The notes under the pieces are model-generated. The model was not told where the DNA came from. It made no database searches and worked only from the letters and a program-made list of their open reading frames with translations. Positions 1-8,425 of a stretch of DNA of 24,000 nucleotides are shown here, in pieces. How positions within the stretch are numbered: position 1 is the stretch's first letter; every line of letters begins with the position of its first letter. Origin of the DNA: Eubacteriales bacterium (GTDB lineage Bacteria; Bacillota; Clostridia; Tissierellales; GPF-1); NCBI GenBank assembly GCA_030625815.1, contig DAOUQF010000007.1, positions 59,166-83,165 of the forward strand, in the 5' to 3' direction. The translations under genes were made by a program, and so were the position numbers.

Positions 1-800
1 GGTGTTCCTTCAATGGTTTGCACCAGATTTGGATTCAAGGCCTCTCGAAGGAGAATCGTCAAGGAGTCTGTCGCCCCCAAATCCTTGCATCGGATCGGCT
101 GAACATCATAGGTATAAGCCACAATAATCCGATCCAATCGACGCTTCAAGTCCTCGATATCATTGGACAAACAAAGGATCGCCATAATCTCGGAGGCAAC
201 GGTAATGTCAAATCCAGATTCCCGCGGCACACCGTTCAAGGGACCGCCCAAACCGATATTGACATGCCGAAGGGCACGATCATTCAAATCCATCACGCGC
301 TTCCATACCACGCGTCTCGCATCGATATTCAATTCATTGCCCCTGTGGATATGATTGTCCAAAAGGGCTGCCAATAAATTGTGCGCCGATGTAATGGCAT
401 GAATATCACCCGTAAAATGGAGATTGATTTGTTCCATGGGCAACACCTGCGAATAACCGCCGCCGGCGGCGCCGCCCTTGATCCCGAATACGGGACCCAA
501 AGAAGGCTCTCTCAGGGTTGTAAAAGTCTTCTTTCCCAATTGATTCAAGGCCATGCTCAAACCGATATTCGTGGTTGTCTTTCCTTCCCCGGCCGGGGTC
601 GGATTGATGGCTGTCACCAAGATCAATTTGCCATCGGGTTTGCTTTGCAGGCGTTTCATGGCATCCAAAGAAATCTTCGCCATATATCTGCCATAAGGTT
701 CCACCTCCGACGATAAGATTCCGGCTTCCTCTGCAATCTCGTCGATGGTTTTCATTTTCGCGTTTCTTGCAATCTCAATATCTGTTCCTACTTTGGCCAT
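1..800 (-). CDS. fhs: formate--tetrahydrofolate ligase, N-terminal ~266 codons (gene runs off the left edge)
   Basis: It is absent from the ORF track because it has no in-window stop. My reverse-strand translation from the ATG at 800-798 (RBS GAGGTGA 4 nt upstream) is open to position 1. It reads [28 protein letters not shown]...[23 protein letters not shown]...[11 protein letters not shown]. The [11 protein letters not shown]-loop and NLVQT.EGT blocks are hallmarks of this ligase family. The + strand ORFs at 18-716 are antisense shadows of it. Confidence 0.93.
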   Translation of the reverse strand, partial: MAKVGTDIEIARNAKMKTIDEIAEEAGILSSEVEPYGRYMAKISLDAMKRLQSKPDGKLILVTAINPTPAGEGKTTTNIGLSMALNQLGKKTFTTLREPSLGPVFGIKGGAAGGGYSQVLPMEQINLHFTGDIHAITSAHNLLAALLDNHIHRGNELNIDARRVVWKRVMDLNDRALRHVNIGLGGPLNGVPRESGFDITVASEIMAILCLSNDIEDLKRRLDRIIVAYTYDVQPIRCKDLGATDSLTILLREALNPNLVQTIEGT

Positions 801-952
801 GACTTCACCTCACTATTAGTGTCCTTATTATTCAATCATTTGCTTAAATCCCTTGCAGCTGTTCCAAATACTCCAAAAGCCCGCTACATCGTTGCCATCT
901 ACCATAATAACACTTTTCAGACTATTTTAATATCCTTAAAATGCGATATTTT

Positions 953-978
953 CACGAACAAATAACACTTTGTTCGTG
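953..978. promoter_or_regulatory. perfect 10-bp inverted repeat CACGAACAAA-N6-TTTGTTCGTG, a PurBox-like candidate PurR operator upstream of fhs
   Basis: The arms at 953-962 and 969-978 are exact reverse complements. Each arm carries the ACACGAAC/CACGAAC core that I recall from Bacillus PurR boxes (AAACACGAACATTA). The repeat lies about 45-70 bp upstream of a possible extended -10 element (TGtTATTAT, minus strand, 904-912). Confidence 0.4.
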
Positions 979-1042
979 TGTTCATACGCCCTCAGACCAT
1001 ATATTCCATTCGAGATCGAAGAAGTTCCTGAAAACACCCTCG

Positions 1043-1057
1043 AAAACACGAACAATA
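1043..1057. promoter_or_regulatory. third PurBox-like motif AAAACACGAACAATA
   Basis: AAACACGAACAATA differs at a single position from the B. subtilis PurBox as I remember it. It sits 65 bp from the inverted pair, inside the fba-fhs intergenic region. Confidence 0.35.
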
Positions 1058-1117
1058 CTCATTGATTTCTCAATTTCAAAAAAACGTTTGCAAACTCGTC
1101 ATCGGTTAAAAACAAGC

Positions 1118-1147
1118 AAAAAAAGAATTCATGAGATTCATGAATTC
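1118..1147 (-). terminator. rho-independent terminator downstream of fba
   Basis: On the minus strand, GAATTCATGA-atc-TCATGAATTC forms a perfect 10-bp stem followed by TTTTTTT. It begins 10 nt after the fba stop. Confidence 0.8.
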
Positions 1148-1156
1148 CGACTTTTT

Positions 1157-2014
1157 CTATTTCCACGCTTGATTCACTGAATTGAACATGCGCATTTTGT
1201 CTTTAACAACTTCTTTCATCGCTTCTTTTCCAGGTCCGTTGATCTTTCGAGGATCGTATGCATCTGGATTTTCAGTGACAAACTTCTTCACGGCGCGATG
1301 ATATGCTTGTCGAAGGTCTGTATCGATATTGATCTTATTGATGCCGGCGGCAATTGCCTTCTCGATGGATTCTTTCGGCACGCCGGAAGAACCGTGCAGC
1401 ACCAATGGGATGTTTAATTTCGCTTTGATTTCCGCAATGCGCGTAAAATCGATCTTTGGATCTCCCTTGTAAGGACCATGCGCTGTTCCAACCGCAATCG
1501 CCAAATAATCAACGCCTGTTGCATTTACGAATTCGTATGCTTCTTCCACGTCTGTGTACGTCGCGTCTTTTTCGTCAACAGAGATATCGTCTTCAACGCC
1601 GCCGATTTTTCCCAGCTCCGCTTCTACGCCAACACCTGCTTGGTGTGCCATTTTCACGATTTCTTTCGTCTTCGCGATATTCTCTTCGAAGCCGTAGTGA
1701 GACGCGTCAATCATCAGTGATGTCCAACCTGCCCGCAAGCATTGCACTTGATTCCTGAACTCTGTGCCATGATCCAAGTGTAGAACCACTGGAACATTAG
1801 CCCCTTCCGCAGCCACCTTCACCATCGCGGCTATATACTTCACGCCCGCGTATTCCAATCCGCCTTGAGATACCTGAATAACAACAGGCGATTGAAGTTC
1901 TTCCGCTGCTTCGATGATGGCTTGAATCGCTTCCATATTGTTAACGTTGAAAGCCCCCACTGCATACCCATTCTCATGCGCGTGTTGCATGATTTCTTTA
2001 CCAGATACTAACAT
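1157..2014 (-). CDS. fba: class II fructose-1,6-bisphosphate aldolase
   Basis: This is a 285-aa ORF. It begins MLVSGKEIMQHAHENGYAVGAFNVNNME and contains HLDHG and LVLHGSSGVP blocks typical of class II (FbaA-type) aldolases. The RBS GGAGGA lies upstream. Confidence 0.95.
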   Translation of the reverse strand: MLVSGKEIMQHAHENGYAVGAFNVNNMEAIQAIIEAAEELQSPVVIQVSQGGLEYAGVKYIAAMVKVAAEGANVPVVLHLDHGTEFRNQVQCLRAGWTSLMIDASHYGFEENIAKTKEIVKMAHQAGVGVEAELGKIGGVEDDISVDEKDATYTDVEEAYEFVNATGVDYLAIAVGTAHGPYKGDPKIDFTRIAEIKAKLNIPLVLHGSSGVPKESIEKAIAAGINKINIDTDLRQAYHRAVKKFVTENPDAYDPRKINGPGKEAMKEVVKDKMRMFNSVNQAWK

Positions 2015-2065
2015 GAATGATCCTCCTAACCTAATTTGAAGGTATTGCCCTCAAGATCAACTCGA

Positions 2066-2557
2066 TTATAGGGATTTCTTCCCCTCGGCCAGATCCGCCC
2101 ATTGCGCGCGAATTATCTTCTGCAGGTTTGCCGGTGACAAGCAGACTTGAATTCCCCTCGCGCCACCGCTGATACAAATTATTTCATACCCCTGCGCCGA
2201 TTGATCAATCCATGCGGGGTAGCTTTTTTTCATTCCGATAGGCGAGCATCCGCCATGCACATATCCCGTTCGCCCCAGCAATTCTTGCATGGGGATCATG
2301 CGAATCCGCTTCGCACCGGCTGCCCGCGCCGCTTTCTTCAGGTTCAAAGAACCCGAAACGGGAACACAGAATACACAAAGGTTTCCGTCTTCCCGTTGAG
2401 CGACGAGGGTTTTAAATACCTGTTCCGGCATCTGCCCCGTCTTTTCTGCAACACTCACTCCATCGATCAAACCATCATCGATTCCATATTCACATGTTTC
2501 ATAGGGAATTTTCTGTTGATCCAACAATCGAATGGCGTTGGTTTTTTTTCGTTTCAT
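2066..2557 (-). CDS. ybaK: Cys-tRNA(Pro)/Cys-tRNA(Cys) deacylase, YbaK/EbsC family
   Basis: [20 protein letters not shown]...[14 protein letters not shown] matches YbaK-family editing domains. I place the start at the internal ATG at 2557, which forms an ATGA overlap with the upstream ATPase stop. The 25-codon extension to 2632 in the ORF track lies inside that upstream gene. Confidence 0.88.
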   Translation of the reverse strand: MKRKKTNAIRLLDQQKIPYETCEYGIDDGLIDGVSVAEKTGQMPEQVFKTLVAQREDGNLCVFCVPVSGSLNLKKAARAAGAKRIRMIPMQELLGRTGYVHGGCSPIGMKKSYPAWIDQSAQGYEIICISGGARGIQVCLSPANLQKIIRAQWADLAEGKKSL

Positions 2558-3525
2558 CTCTCGTCCATCAAATGACAGGCGACAAAATGCTCCGGTTCCA
2601 CTTCCTGCAAAACGGGAGCTTCCAGCTTGCAACGCTCTGTCGCATAGCGGCAGCGGGTGTGAAATCGACAGCCCGATGGCGGATTAATCGGACTTGGCAC
2701 ATCCCCTTCCAACAGGATCCGCTTCTTAACTGCCTTCGGATCTGGAATCGGAACGGCAGACAAAAGGGCTTTCGTATAGGGGTGCAGCGGGTTGGCATAC
2801 ATGGGTTTGGCTGGCGCCAACTCCATCATATTCCCCAAATACATCACCCCAACACGATCGGAAATATGGCGAATGACATTCAATCCATGGGCAATAAACA
2901 AATAGGTCAGACCGAACTCTTCCTGCAAATCATCCAAAAGATTCAAAACCTGCGCCTGAATCGATACATCCAAAGCCGACACCGGTTCGTCGCAGACAAT
3001 CAATTTGGGTTTCAGCGCCAAGGCGCGCGCAATTCCGATCCGCTGACGTTGCCCGCCGCTGAATTCATGGGGATAGCGATTTCGATAGAACGATGGCAAT
3101 CCCACCGTATTCATCAATTGCAAGACCTCTTGCTCCAGTTCTTTCTTCCCAAGATTCAAGTGCAGTTTCATAGGCTCTGTCACAATCTGTTCAACGGTCA
3201 TCCGCGGATTCAGCGAGGCATAGGGATCCTGAAAGATAATCTGGATATCCCGGGCCAAGGCTCGTCGTTCACGACCGGATTGATTCGTAATATTCTTTCC
3301 CTCAAAAAACAATTCACCGGCAGTGGGCTCCAGCAACTGAACAATCAATTTTCCCGTTGTGGATTTCCCGCAACCCGATTCCCCCACCAAGCCAAGGGTT
3401 TCTCCCGCGGCAATGGAAAAGCTCAAATCGTCGACGGCGCGAACCATCTTGCCCTTTTTCGATAAAAAACCCTGTTCTACAGGAAAGTGTTTGGTTAAGC
3501 CTTTGACTTCCAATAACGGCTTCAT
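2554..3525 (-). CDS. Opp/Dpp-type peptide ABC transporter ATP-binding protein (OppF-like)
   Basis: It has a Walker A motif (GESGCGKST), the ABC signature LSGGQRQR, a Walker B motif ([12 protein letters not shown]), and a C-terminal oligopeptide-type extension with 4 Cys. The start forms an ATGA overlap with the upstream ATPase stop. Confidence 0.93.
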   Translation of the reverse strand: MKPLLEVKGLTKHFPVEQGFLSKKGKMVRAVDDLSFSIAAGETLGLVGESGCGKSTTGKLIVQLLEPTAGELFFEGKNITNQSGRERRALARDIQIIFQDPYASLNPRMTVEQIVTEPMKLHLNLGKKELEQEVLQLMNTVGLPSFYRNRYPHEFSGGQRQRIGIARALALKPKLIVCDEPVSALDVSIQAQVLNLLDDLQEEFGLTYLFIAHGLNVIRHISDRVGVMYLGNMMELAPAKPMYANPLHPYTKALLSAVPIPDPKAVKKRILLEGDVPSPINPPSGCRFHTRCRYATERCKLEAPVLQEVEPEHFVACHLMDER

Positions 3526-4496
3526 TCAACTTCCCCCTTTTCGTCGTACAAGAAACATCGCACTTCTCGGTCTCCCATCGTACGAATTTCTGGCATCTTG
3601 TGCTTGCAGATCTCCATGGACTTCTCGCATCGCGGCTCGAAAGGACATCCCGCCGGCATTTGCATTGGATTCGGCACATTGCCTTCAATCATCGTCAAGC
3701 GCCCTGAATCGCCTTCCATCTTTGGAATGGATGCAATCAAGCCTTGGGTATAAGGATGCTTCGGATTGTCAAAAAGATCCACCACATTCGCCATCTCCAT
3801 CACCTTGCCGCAATACATAACCACGACACGGTCCGCCGTCTCAGCAACAACCCCCAAATCATGGGTGATCAAGAGAATCGACGTTCCCATATCTTCCCGC
3901 AAGCGATTCATCAGATCCAAGATCTGCGCCTGAATGGTTACATCCAGCGCAGTGGTCGGTTCATCAGCGATCAACAATTGCGGTTCCGTCGCCAATGCCA
4001 TGGCAATCATCACACGCTGCCGCATCCCGCCGCTCATTTGATGGGGATAATCGTCCACCCGAGTCTCGGGGGATGGAATTCCCACCTTATACAGCATCTC
4101 AATGGCAATGGCGCGCGCTTCCTTTTTCGAAATTTTATTGTGGCGCCGAATCGCCTCTGTAATTTGTTTTCCAACTGGATACACGGGATTCAAGGAGGTC
4201 ATGGGCTCTTGAAAAATCATGGAAATTTCATTTCCTCGAACGTTTTGCATTTCTTTGTTTGTCTTCTTCAACAGATCCTCTCCATCGAAGATGATTTCTC
4301 CGCCTTCAATTTTCCCCGGCGGCGATGGAATCAATCCCAACACGGAAAGACTTGTTACACTCTTTCCACTGCCCGATTCACCGACCAAAGCGACAACCTC
4401 TTTCTTTCCAACCGAGAAAGAAACGCCGTCTACCGCTTTTGCGACCTTTCCTTTGATATGGAAGTGCGTCTCCAGTCCTTTTACTTCTAGTAACAT
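3522..4496 (-). CDS. Opp/Dpp-type peptide ABC transporter ATP-binding protein (OppD-like)
   Basis: It has a Walker A motif (GESGSGKS), the signature MSGGMRQR, a Walker B motif ([12 protein letters not shown]), and a C-terminal Cys-rich extension. The RBS is GGAGGGG. Confidence 0.93.
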   Translation of the reverse strand: MLLEVKGLETHFHIKGKVAKAVDGVSFSVGKKEVVALVGESGSGKSVTSLSVLGLIPSPPGKIEGGEIIFDGEDLLKKTNKEMQNVRGNEISMIFQEPMTSLNPVYPVGKQITEAIRRHNKISKKEARAIAIEMLYKVGIPSPETRVDDYPHQMSGGMRQRVMIAMALATEPQLLIADEPTTALDVTIQAQILDLMNRLREDMGTSILLITHDLGVVAETADRVVVMYCGKVMEMANVVDLFDNPKHPYTQGLIASIPKMEGDSGRLTMIEGNVPNPMQMPAGCPFEPRCEKSMEICKHKMPEIRTMGDREVRCFLYDEKGEVE

Positions 4497-4505
4497 ATGC
4501 CCCTC

Positions 4506-5408
4506 CTATCCTTTACGTATCCGTGGATCCAACGCGTCCCGAAGACCATCTCCCAAAAGGTTGAACGCCATTACCGTAAAGGTAATCGCCAAACCCGGGA
4601 ACAGCACCAAGTGATTCGCGTTAAAGAAATATGCCCGTCCGGAGCCCAACATGGTTCCCCATTCGGCTGCTGGCGGCTGAACGCCCAACCCCAAGAAACC
4701 CAGGGCTGAGGTGTCCAAAATCGCGACCGAGATTCCCAGGGTCGCCCGGACAATCACCGGCGGCAAGATATTAGGAATCACATGGAAGAAAATGATTCGC
4801 CAATCGGGATTCCCAATGGCTCGTGCCGCTTGCACATATTCATTTTCCTTCACCGACAAAACGGATCCCCGAACAATTCGAGCATATTGCGGAATGGTCA
4901 CGATACTGATGGCGATAATCGCATTCTCGATTCCTCGACCCAAAACAGACATAAAGGCAATGGCCAATAAAAGCGATGGGAAGGCCAACATGATATCCAT
5001 CAAACGCATCAGGATCATGTCGATTTTTCCGCCATAGTATCCGGCAGTAGCGCCGATCACCATGCCGAAACTCAAGGCAATGCCAACTGCCGACAACCCG
5101 ACTCGCAAGGAGATGGCCGCCCCGGATATAATTCGGCTCAGCATATCGCGGCCCTGTTCATCGGTTCCCAACCAGTGCGCGCGAGAAGGCCCCTGCAGAC
5201 TCTCTTTCAAGCTTCCGCCGTAATTTGGATCATACGGGGTTAAATACTTGCCGAACAGCGCGAAAAACACCAGCAAGCCGACAATGACAAGACCCAGCAT
5301 GGCAGCCCTGTTTTGCCTTAATCGATCCCACATGTCTCTCCAGGGAGAGACGCCTTGTTCTTCAGGAACAATTTCTTCGTTGATTCCTTTATTAACTTCT
5401 TCCGTCAT
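4506..5408 (-). CDS. peptide ABC transporter permease (OppC/DppC-like)
   Basis: This 300-aa polytopic membrane protein has the BPD_transp_1-type core typical of OppC. The RBS is AGGAGGGG. Confidence 0.92.
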   Translation of the reverse strand: MTEEVNKGINEEIVPEEQGVSPWRDMWDRLRQNRAAMLGLVIVGLLVFFALFGKYLTPYDPNYGGSLKESLQGPSRAHWLGTDEQGRDMLSRIISGAAISLRVGLSAVGIALSFGMVIGATAGYYGGKIDMILMRLMDIMLAFPSLLLAIAFMSVLGRGIENAIIAISIVTIPQYARIVRGSVLSVKENEYVQAARAIGNPDWRIIFFHVIPNILPPVIVRATLGISVAILDTSALGFLGLGVQPPAAEWGTMLGSGRAYFFNANHLVLFPGLAITFTVMAFNLLGDGLRDALDPRIRKG

Positions 5409-5417
5409 CTGCCCCTC

Positions 5418-6422
5418 CTATGAATACTTGATCCGCGGATCCAAAACGCTATAAATCAAATCCACGGCCAAATTGACTAATACAAAGATTATCGACATCA
5501 TCATAACCGTTCCCTGCACCACTGGATAATCCGATTTCAAAATGGATTGCACCGTGTAGGAACCAACCCCCGGCCAAGAGAATACCGTCTCGGTCAAAAC
5601 CGCGCCGCCCAGAAGGCCGCCCATTTGAAGTCCGATAACCGTAATTATCGGAATCATGGCATTTCGAAGAGCATGCCGCACAATGACAAGCCCTTCCACA
5701 ATCCCCTTTGCCCGTGCGGTGCGAATATAATCCTGCCCCAAGGTTTCCAGCATCGTCGAACGGGTCATCCGCGCGATAATGGCCATGGAATACATGGCAA
5801 GGGCCGTACCCGGCAAGATAATATGCTCAATGGCGCTCTTTAACGCTGCCGTATTTCCTGTAATGATACTGTCCAGGATGTAGAGTCCGGTAACATGCGC
5901 CGGTTCATATCCCATCTGAATTCTTCCCGATACGGGGAACCATCCCAGCTTTAAAGCAAATAGGACAATCATGATCAAGCCCAACCAAAAGATCGGCATC
6001 GATACCCCCATCAAACTGATCGTCATGGATAAATAATCCAAGATGGAGTTTTGCTTCACAGCTGAAATGACACCCAATGTCACCCCAACAACAGAGGCAA
6101 CAATAATTGCGAACAAAGCCAACTCAATAGTCGCTGGAAAACGCGACATCACTTCGGTAAATACCGGTGTACGCGTAAATAAAGAGGTTCCAAAGTCTCC
6201 TCGCAGCATCCCGCTCAAGAAATTCCAGTACTGCTGGTACAATGGCAAGTTAAATCCCAATTCCTCGCGCAAGGCCGCCGCGTCCGCATCCGTTGCATGC
6301 TGCCCCAAAATCGTCAGCGCCGGATCCGATGTGAATAAATGCATGACCGTAAAAACCAATACGGAAACGCCAAACACGACGGGAATTAAGTACAATAGTC
6401 TTCTGCAAATATATTTTCCCAT
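5418..6422 (-). CDS. peptide ABC transporter permease (OppB/DppB-like)
   Basis: This is a 334-aa ORF. It begins MGKYICRRLLYLIPVVFGVSVLVF and contains the ARAKG motif characteristic of OppB/DppB permeases. Confidence 0.92.
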   Translation of the reverse strand: MGKYICRRLLYLIPVVFGVSVLVFTVMHLFTSDPALTILGQHATDADAAALREELGFNLPLYQQYWNFLSGMLRGDFGTSLFTRTPVFTEVMSRFPATIELALFAIIVASVVGVTLGVISAVKQNSILDYLSMTISLMGVSMPIFWLGLIMIVLFALKLGWFPVSGRIQMGYEPAHVTGLYILDSIITGNTAALKSAIEHIILPGTALAMYSMAIIARMTRSTMLETLGQDYIRTARAKGIVEGLVIVRHALRNAMIPIITVIGLQMGGLLGGAVLTETVFSWPGVGSYTVQSILKSDYPVVQGTVMMMSIIFVLVNLAVDLIYSVLDPRIKYS

Positions 6423-6433
6423 AGAAACCCCCT

Positions 6434-6470
6434 AAACAAAAAAACCGGTGCCGTATTAAGGGCACCGGTG
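6434..6470 (-). terminator. intra-operon stem-loop with T-run between the binding-protein gene and the permease genes
   Basis: On the minus strand, ACCGGTGCC-cttaatac-GGCACCGGT forms a 9-bp GC-rich stem followed by TTTTTTTGTTT. It lies in the 57-nt gap between the stop at 6480 and the start at 6422. Confidence 0.7.
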
Positions 6471-6479
6471 CTCAATTCT

Positions 6480-8042
6480 CTACTTGTCTACGCCAAACAG
6501 GTTAACGCGTCCTGTTGGATGCAATTCAAATCCTGTAACGTTTGTTCTCCACGCGCCAAGATCCAATGCATGTGAGATTGGTACCCATGGAACCTCTTGA
6601 GCCAACACTTCTTGTGCTTGCTTGTAAGTTTCCCAACGCTCGTCGCCATTTGGCAATTCACGGCCTTTGGCCATCAAAGCGTCAAATTCTGGGTTTGACC
6701 AACCGGTATCGTTCAACCCGCCAATGCTCGCCCCTTCAAGCAATGTCAAAAAGTTGTCCGGATCCCCGTTGTCGCCAATCCACCCCATGAAGTAAATATC
6801 GCCTTCATATTGATTTACCTTGTCTCGATAATCTGTCCAAGGGTATACCACAACTTCTGCTGTGACCCCTACTTCGTTCAAGTATGCTTGCACTGTTTCA
6901 GCCAATTTTCCGCCGGCTGGATTGTAAGGACGAGGGTTTGAGTAACAAATGATTTTGATTGGTGTTTGATCCAATCCCAATGCAGCAACTTCGGCCTTTG
7001 CTGCTTCTACATCATAGTCTGTCAAACCGGGATCCCCATTGTATCCAGGCATAAAGTCCGGGAAGAAACTTTCCGCTTTTGTCGCGTATCCTTGATAAAG
7101 GAAATCAACGATTTCTTGCGTATTGATTGCTTTGGCAACGGCAACGCGAGCGTCTTTGTTGTCAAATGGTGCGCGAGTTGTATTGAACGCCATATAGTTG
7201 ATGTTCATGCCCGCTACTTTTTCGACTTCTACTTCATCGCTGGATTCCAACTGCTCCACATCATTGAAGCTGATTCCATCGATCATATCGACTTGGCCAG
7301 ACATCAATTCTGTCGCACGAACCGAATTTTCTTTTGTTACCTTAAAGATCACTTTATCAAAACTCGGTTTCTCGTCGCCCCAGAAATCTTCATTTTTCAG
7401 AAGCGTAATGGATTCGTCTTTTTTCCAAGCTTCGAATTTGTACGGGCCAGTACCTACTGGATTTTCCGCTACATCATCGGCTGGCTTGTAGATCTGTACA
7501 GAAAGACCCATTGCCAAGTTTGCGATAAATGGTGTTGATTGCTTCGACAATATAATTTTTAGTGTCAAGTCATCAACCGCTTCAACCGATACGACATCCG
7601 CGAAAGTAAAGGAAGCGTATGGCATATCTGATGTTCTTGTGTCCGCCAATTGACGCTCAAAGCTCCAAACAACCGCATCAGCTGTAAAGTCGCTGCCGTC
7701 ATGGAATTTTACGCCTTCTCGCAAATGGAAGATATACTCGGTTCCATCTTCAGAAATGTCCCAGCTCTCCGCCAACCAAGGCATGAGTTCTGTAGAACCA
7801 TTCTTGTATCGAACCAAAGTGTCCGCGATCTGAGTTAAGACCTTGGAAGACTCGCCGTCTGATACAAAAGCGGAGTCAAGACTAATGGAATCGGATCCAC
7901 GCGCATAAACGAAGATCTTTGGCTCGGCTTGCGCCGGCTCGTCGCCACCGTTTGCAACTGGTTCTTGCGAGACACAACCCGCTGATAGAATCATCGCCAC
8001 CAAAAGCAGTAATGCAATCCATATTTTTTTCATGTTTTTCAT
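6480..8042 (-). CDS. family 5 (Opp/Dpp/Nik-type) ABC substrate-binding lipoprotein
   Basis: This is a 520-aa ORF. It has a signal peptide with the lipobox LSAGC (MKNMKKIWIALLLLVAMILSAGC). Its length and sequence character fit SBP_bac_5. It is the first gene of the transporter operon. Confidence 0.93.
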   Translation of the reverse strand: MKNMKKIWIALLLLVAMILSAGCVSQEPVANGGDEPAQAEPKIFVYARGSDSISLDSAFVSDGESSKVLTQIADTLVRYKNGSTELMPWLAESWDISEDGTEYIFHLREGVKFHDGSDFTADAVVWSFERQLADTRTSDMPYASFTFADVVSVEAVDDLTLKIILSKQSTPFIANLAMGLSVQIYKPADDVAENPVGTGPYKFEAWKKDESITLLKNEDFWGDEKPSFDKVIFKVTKENSVRATELMSGQVDMIDGISFNDVEQLESSDEVEVEKVAGMNINYMAFNTTRAPFDNKDARVAVAKAINTQEIVDFLYQGYATKAESFFPDFMPGYNGDPGLTDYDVEAAKAEVAALGLDQTPIKIICYSNPRPYNPAGGKLAETVQAYLNEVGVTAEVVVYPWTDYRDKVNQYEGDIYFMGWIGDNGDPDNFLTLLEGASIGGLNDTGWSNPEFDALMAKGRELPNGDERWETYKQAQEVLAQEVPWVPISHALDLGAWRTNVTGFELHPTGRVNLFGVDK

Positions 8043-8090
8043 TTTTCCCCTTCTTTCTAAAATATTTCATTTGTGTAATAAATTACTATA

Positions 8091-8119
8091 ATGTTACCCC
8101 ACATCTGTTTCCCTGTCAA
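8091..8119 (-). promoter_or_regulatory. candidate sigma-A promoter of the opp operon
   Basis: On the minus strand, TTGACA (8119-8114) is followed by a 17-nt spacer and TAACAT (8096-8091). It lies about 50 nt upstream of the start at 8042. Confidence 0.45.
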
Positions 8120-8196
8120 GTACAAAGCATGTCTATTTTGTAATTGAACTCGCTAAATATAAAGGAATGTTCATAAATTTCCAATATTTTCTGTAA

Positions 8197-8231
8197 AGAA
8201 AAAACGCGAGAGGCCGACTCTCGCGTTTTTC
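8197..8231 (-). terminator. rho-independent terminator (structurally bidirectional)
   Basis: CGCGAGAG-gccga-CTCTCGCG forms the stem. It is flanked by an A-run (8197-8204) and a T-run (8226-8230), so on the minus strand the stem is followed by TTTTTT. Confidence 0.7.
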
Positions 8232-8318
8232 TGACATCAAAAAGGGGGTTGACGTCACACCTATTGAAATAGCCTTCAGGCTACTGCAAACATATCCATG
8301 TCTTTTTTGTAATACTTT
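8197..8318 (-). ncRNA. candidate ~120-nt small RNA or leader transcript (family unknown)
   Basis: It is bounded by a promoter (8325-8353) and a terminator (8197-8231). Two internal hairpins are visible by eye: UAGCC-UGAA-GGCUA, and UGACGUCAA-CCCCCUUU-UUGAUGUCA, the second with an unpaired C-rich loop. No credible ORF is present. Confidence 0.3.
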
Positions 8319-8324
8319 GTTCAT

Positions 8325-8353
8325 AGTTTAGTGCATGATCGGTTTAAAGTCAA
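8325..8353 (-). promoter_or_regulatory. candidate sigma-A promoter for the small transcript
   Basis: On the minus strand, TTGACT (8353-8348) is followed by a 17-nt spacer and TAAACT (8330-8325). Confidence 0.45.
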
Positions 8354-8392
8354 GGGTTGAAATGGAAGATTTTCCATGAAAAGAATTTCATT

Positions 8393-8417
8393 AAAAAAGC
8401 GCTCGGACAAACCGAGC
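8393..8417 (-). terminator. terminator immediately after the acyltransferase gene
   Basis: On the minus strand, GCTCGG-tttgt-CCGAGC is followed by GC and then TTTTTT. It begins 9 nt after the stop at 8426. Confidence 0.6.
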
Positions 8418-8425
8418 ACTCTTCA

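Noticed and set aside
18-716. Three + strand ORFs in the track (18-377, 163-354, 381-716)
   Set aside because: They lie antisense to an uninterrupted, clearly recognisable fhs reading frame on the minus strand. They have no RBS and no recognisable family, so they are shadow ORFs.
801-940. Possible ZTP (pfl) or THF riboswitch in the fhs 5' leader, since fhs is a classic ZTP-regulated gene
   Set aside because: I looked for the conserved CCGCCUGGGC-type pseudoknot element and the THF-riboswitch conserved blocks and found neither. The leader is short and AT-rich.
941-1180. 79-aa + strand ORF in the fba-fhs intergenic region
   Set aside because: It runs through the PurBox-like repeats and the fba terminator hairpin. 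It has no RBS and a low-complexity basic composition.
2558-2632. 25-codon N-terminal extension of the ybaK ORF
   Set aside because: It lies within the upstream ATPase coding sequence. The internal ATG at 2557 gives a canonical YbaK N-terminus and an ATGA coupling overlap.
2494-4490. Long + strand ORFs of 323 aa and 248 aa opposite the two ABC ATPase genes
   Set aside because: They are antisense to genes with unmistakable Walker and ABC signature motifs. Their translated sequences are Arg, His, Gln and Ile-rich with no motif.
8133-8324. 63-aa minus-strand ORF between the acyltransferase gene and the opp operon
   Set aside because: Its ATG overlaps the predicted -10 box. It reads straight through a strong terminator hairpin and has no RBS. 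The region is better explained as a non-coding transcript.
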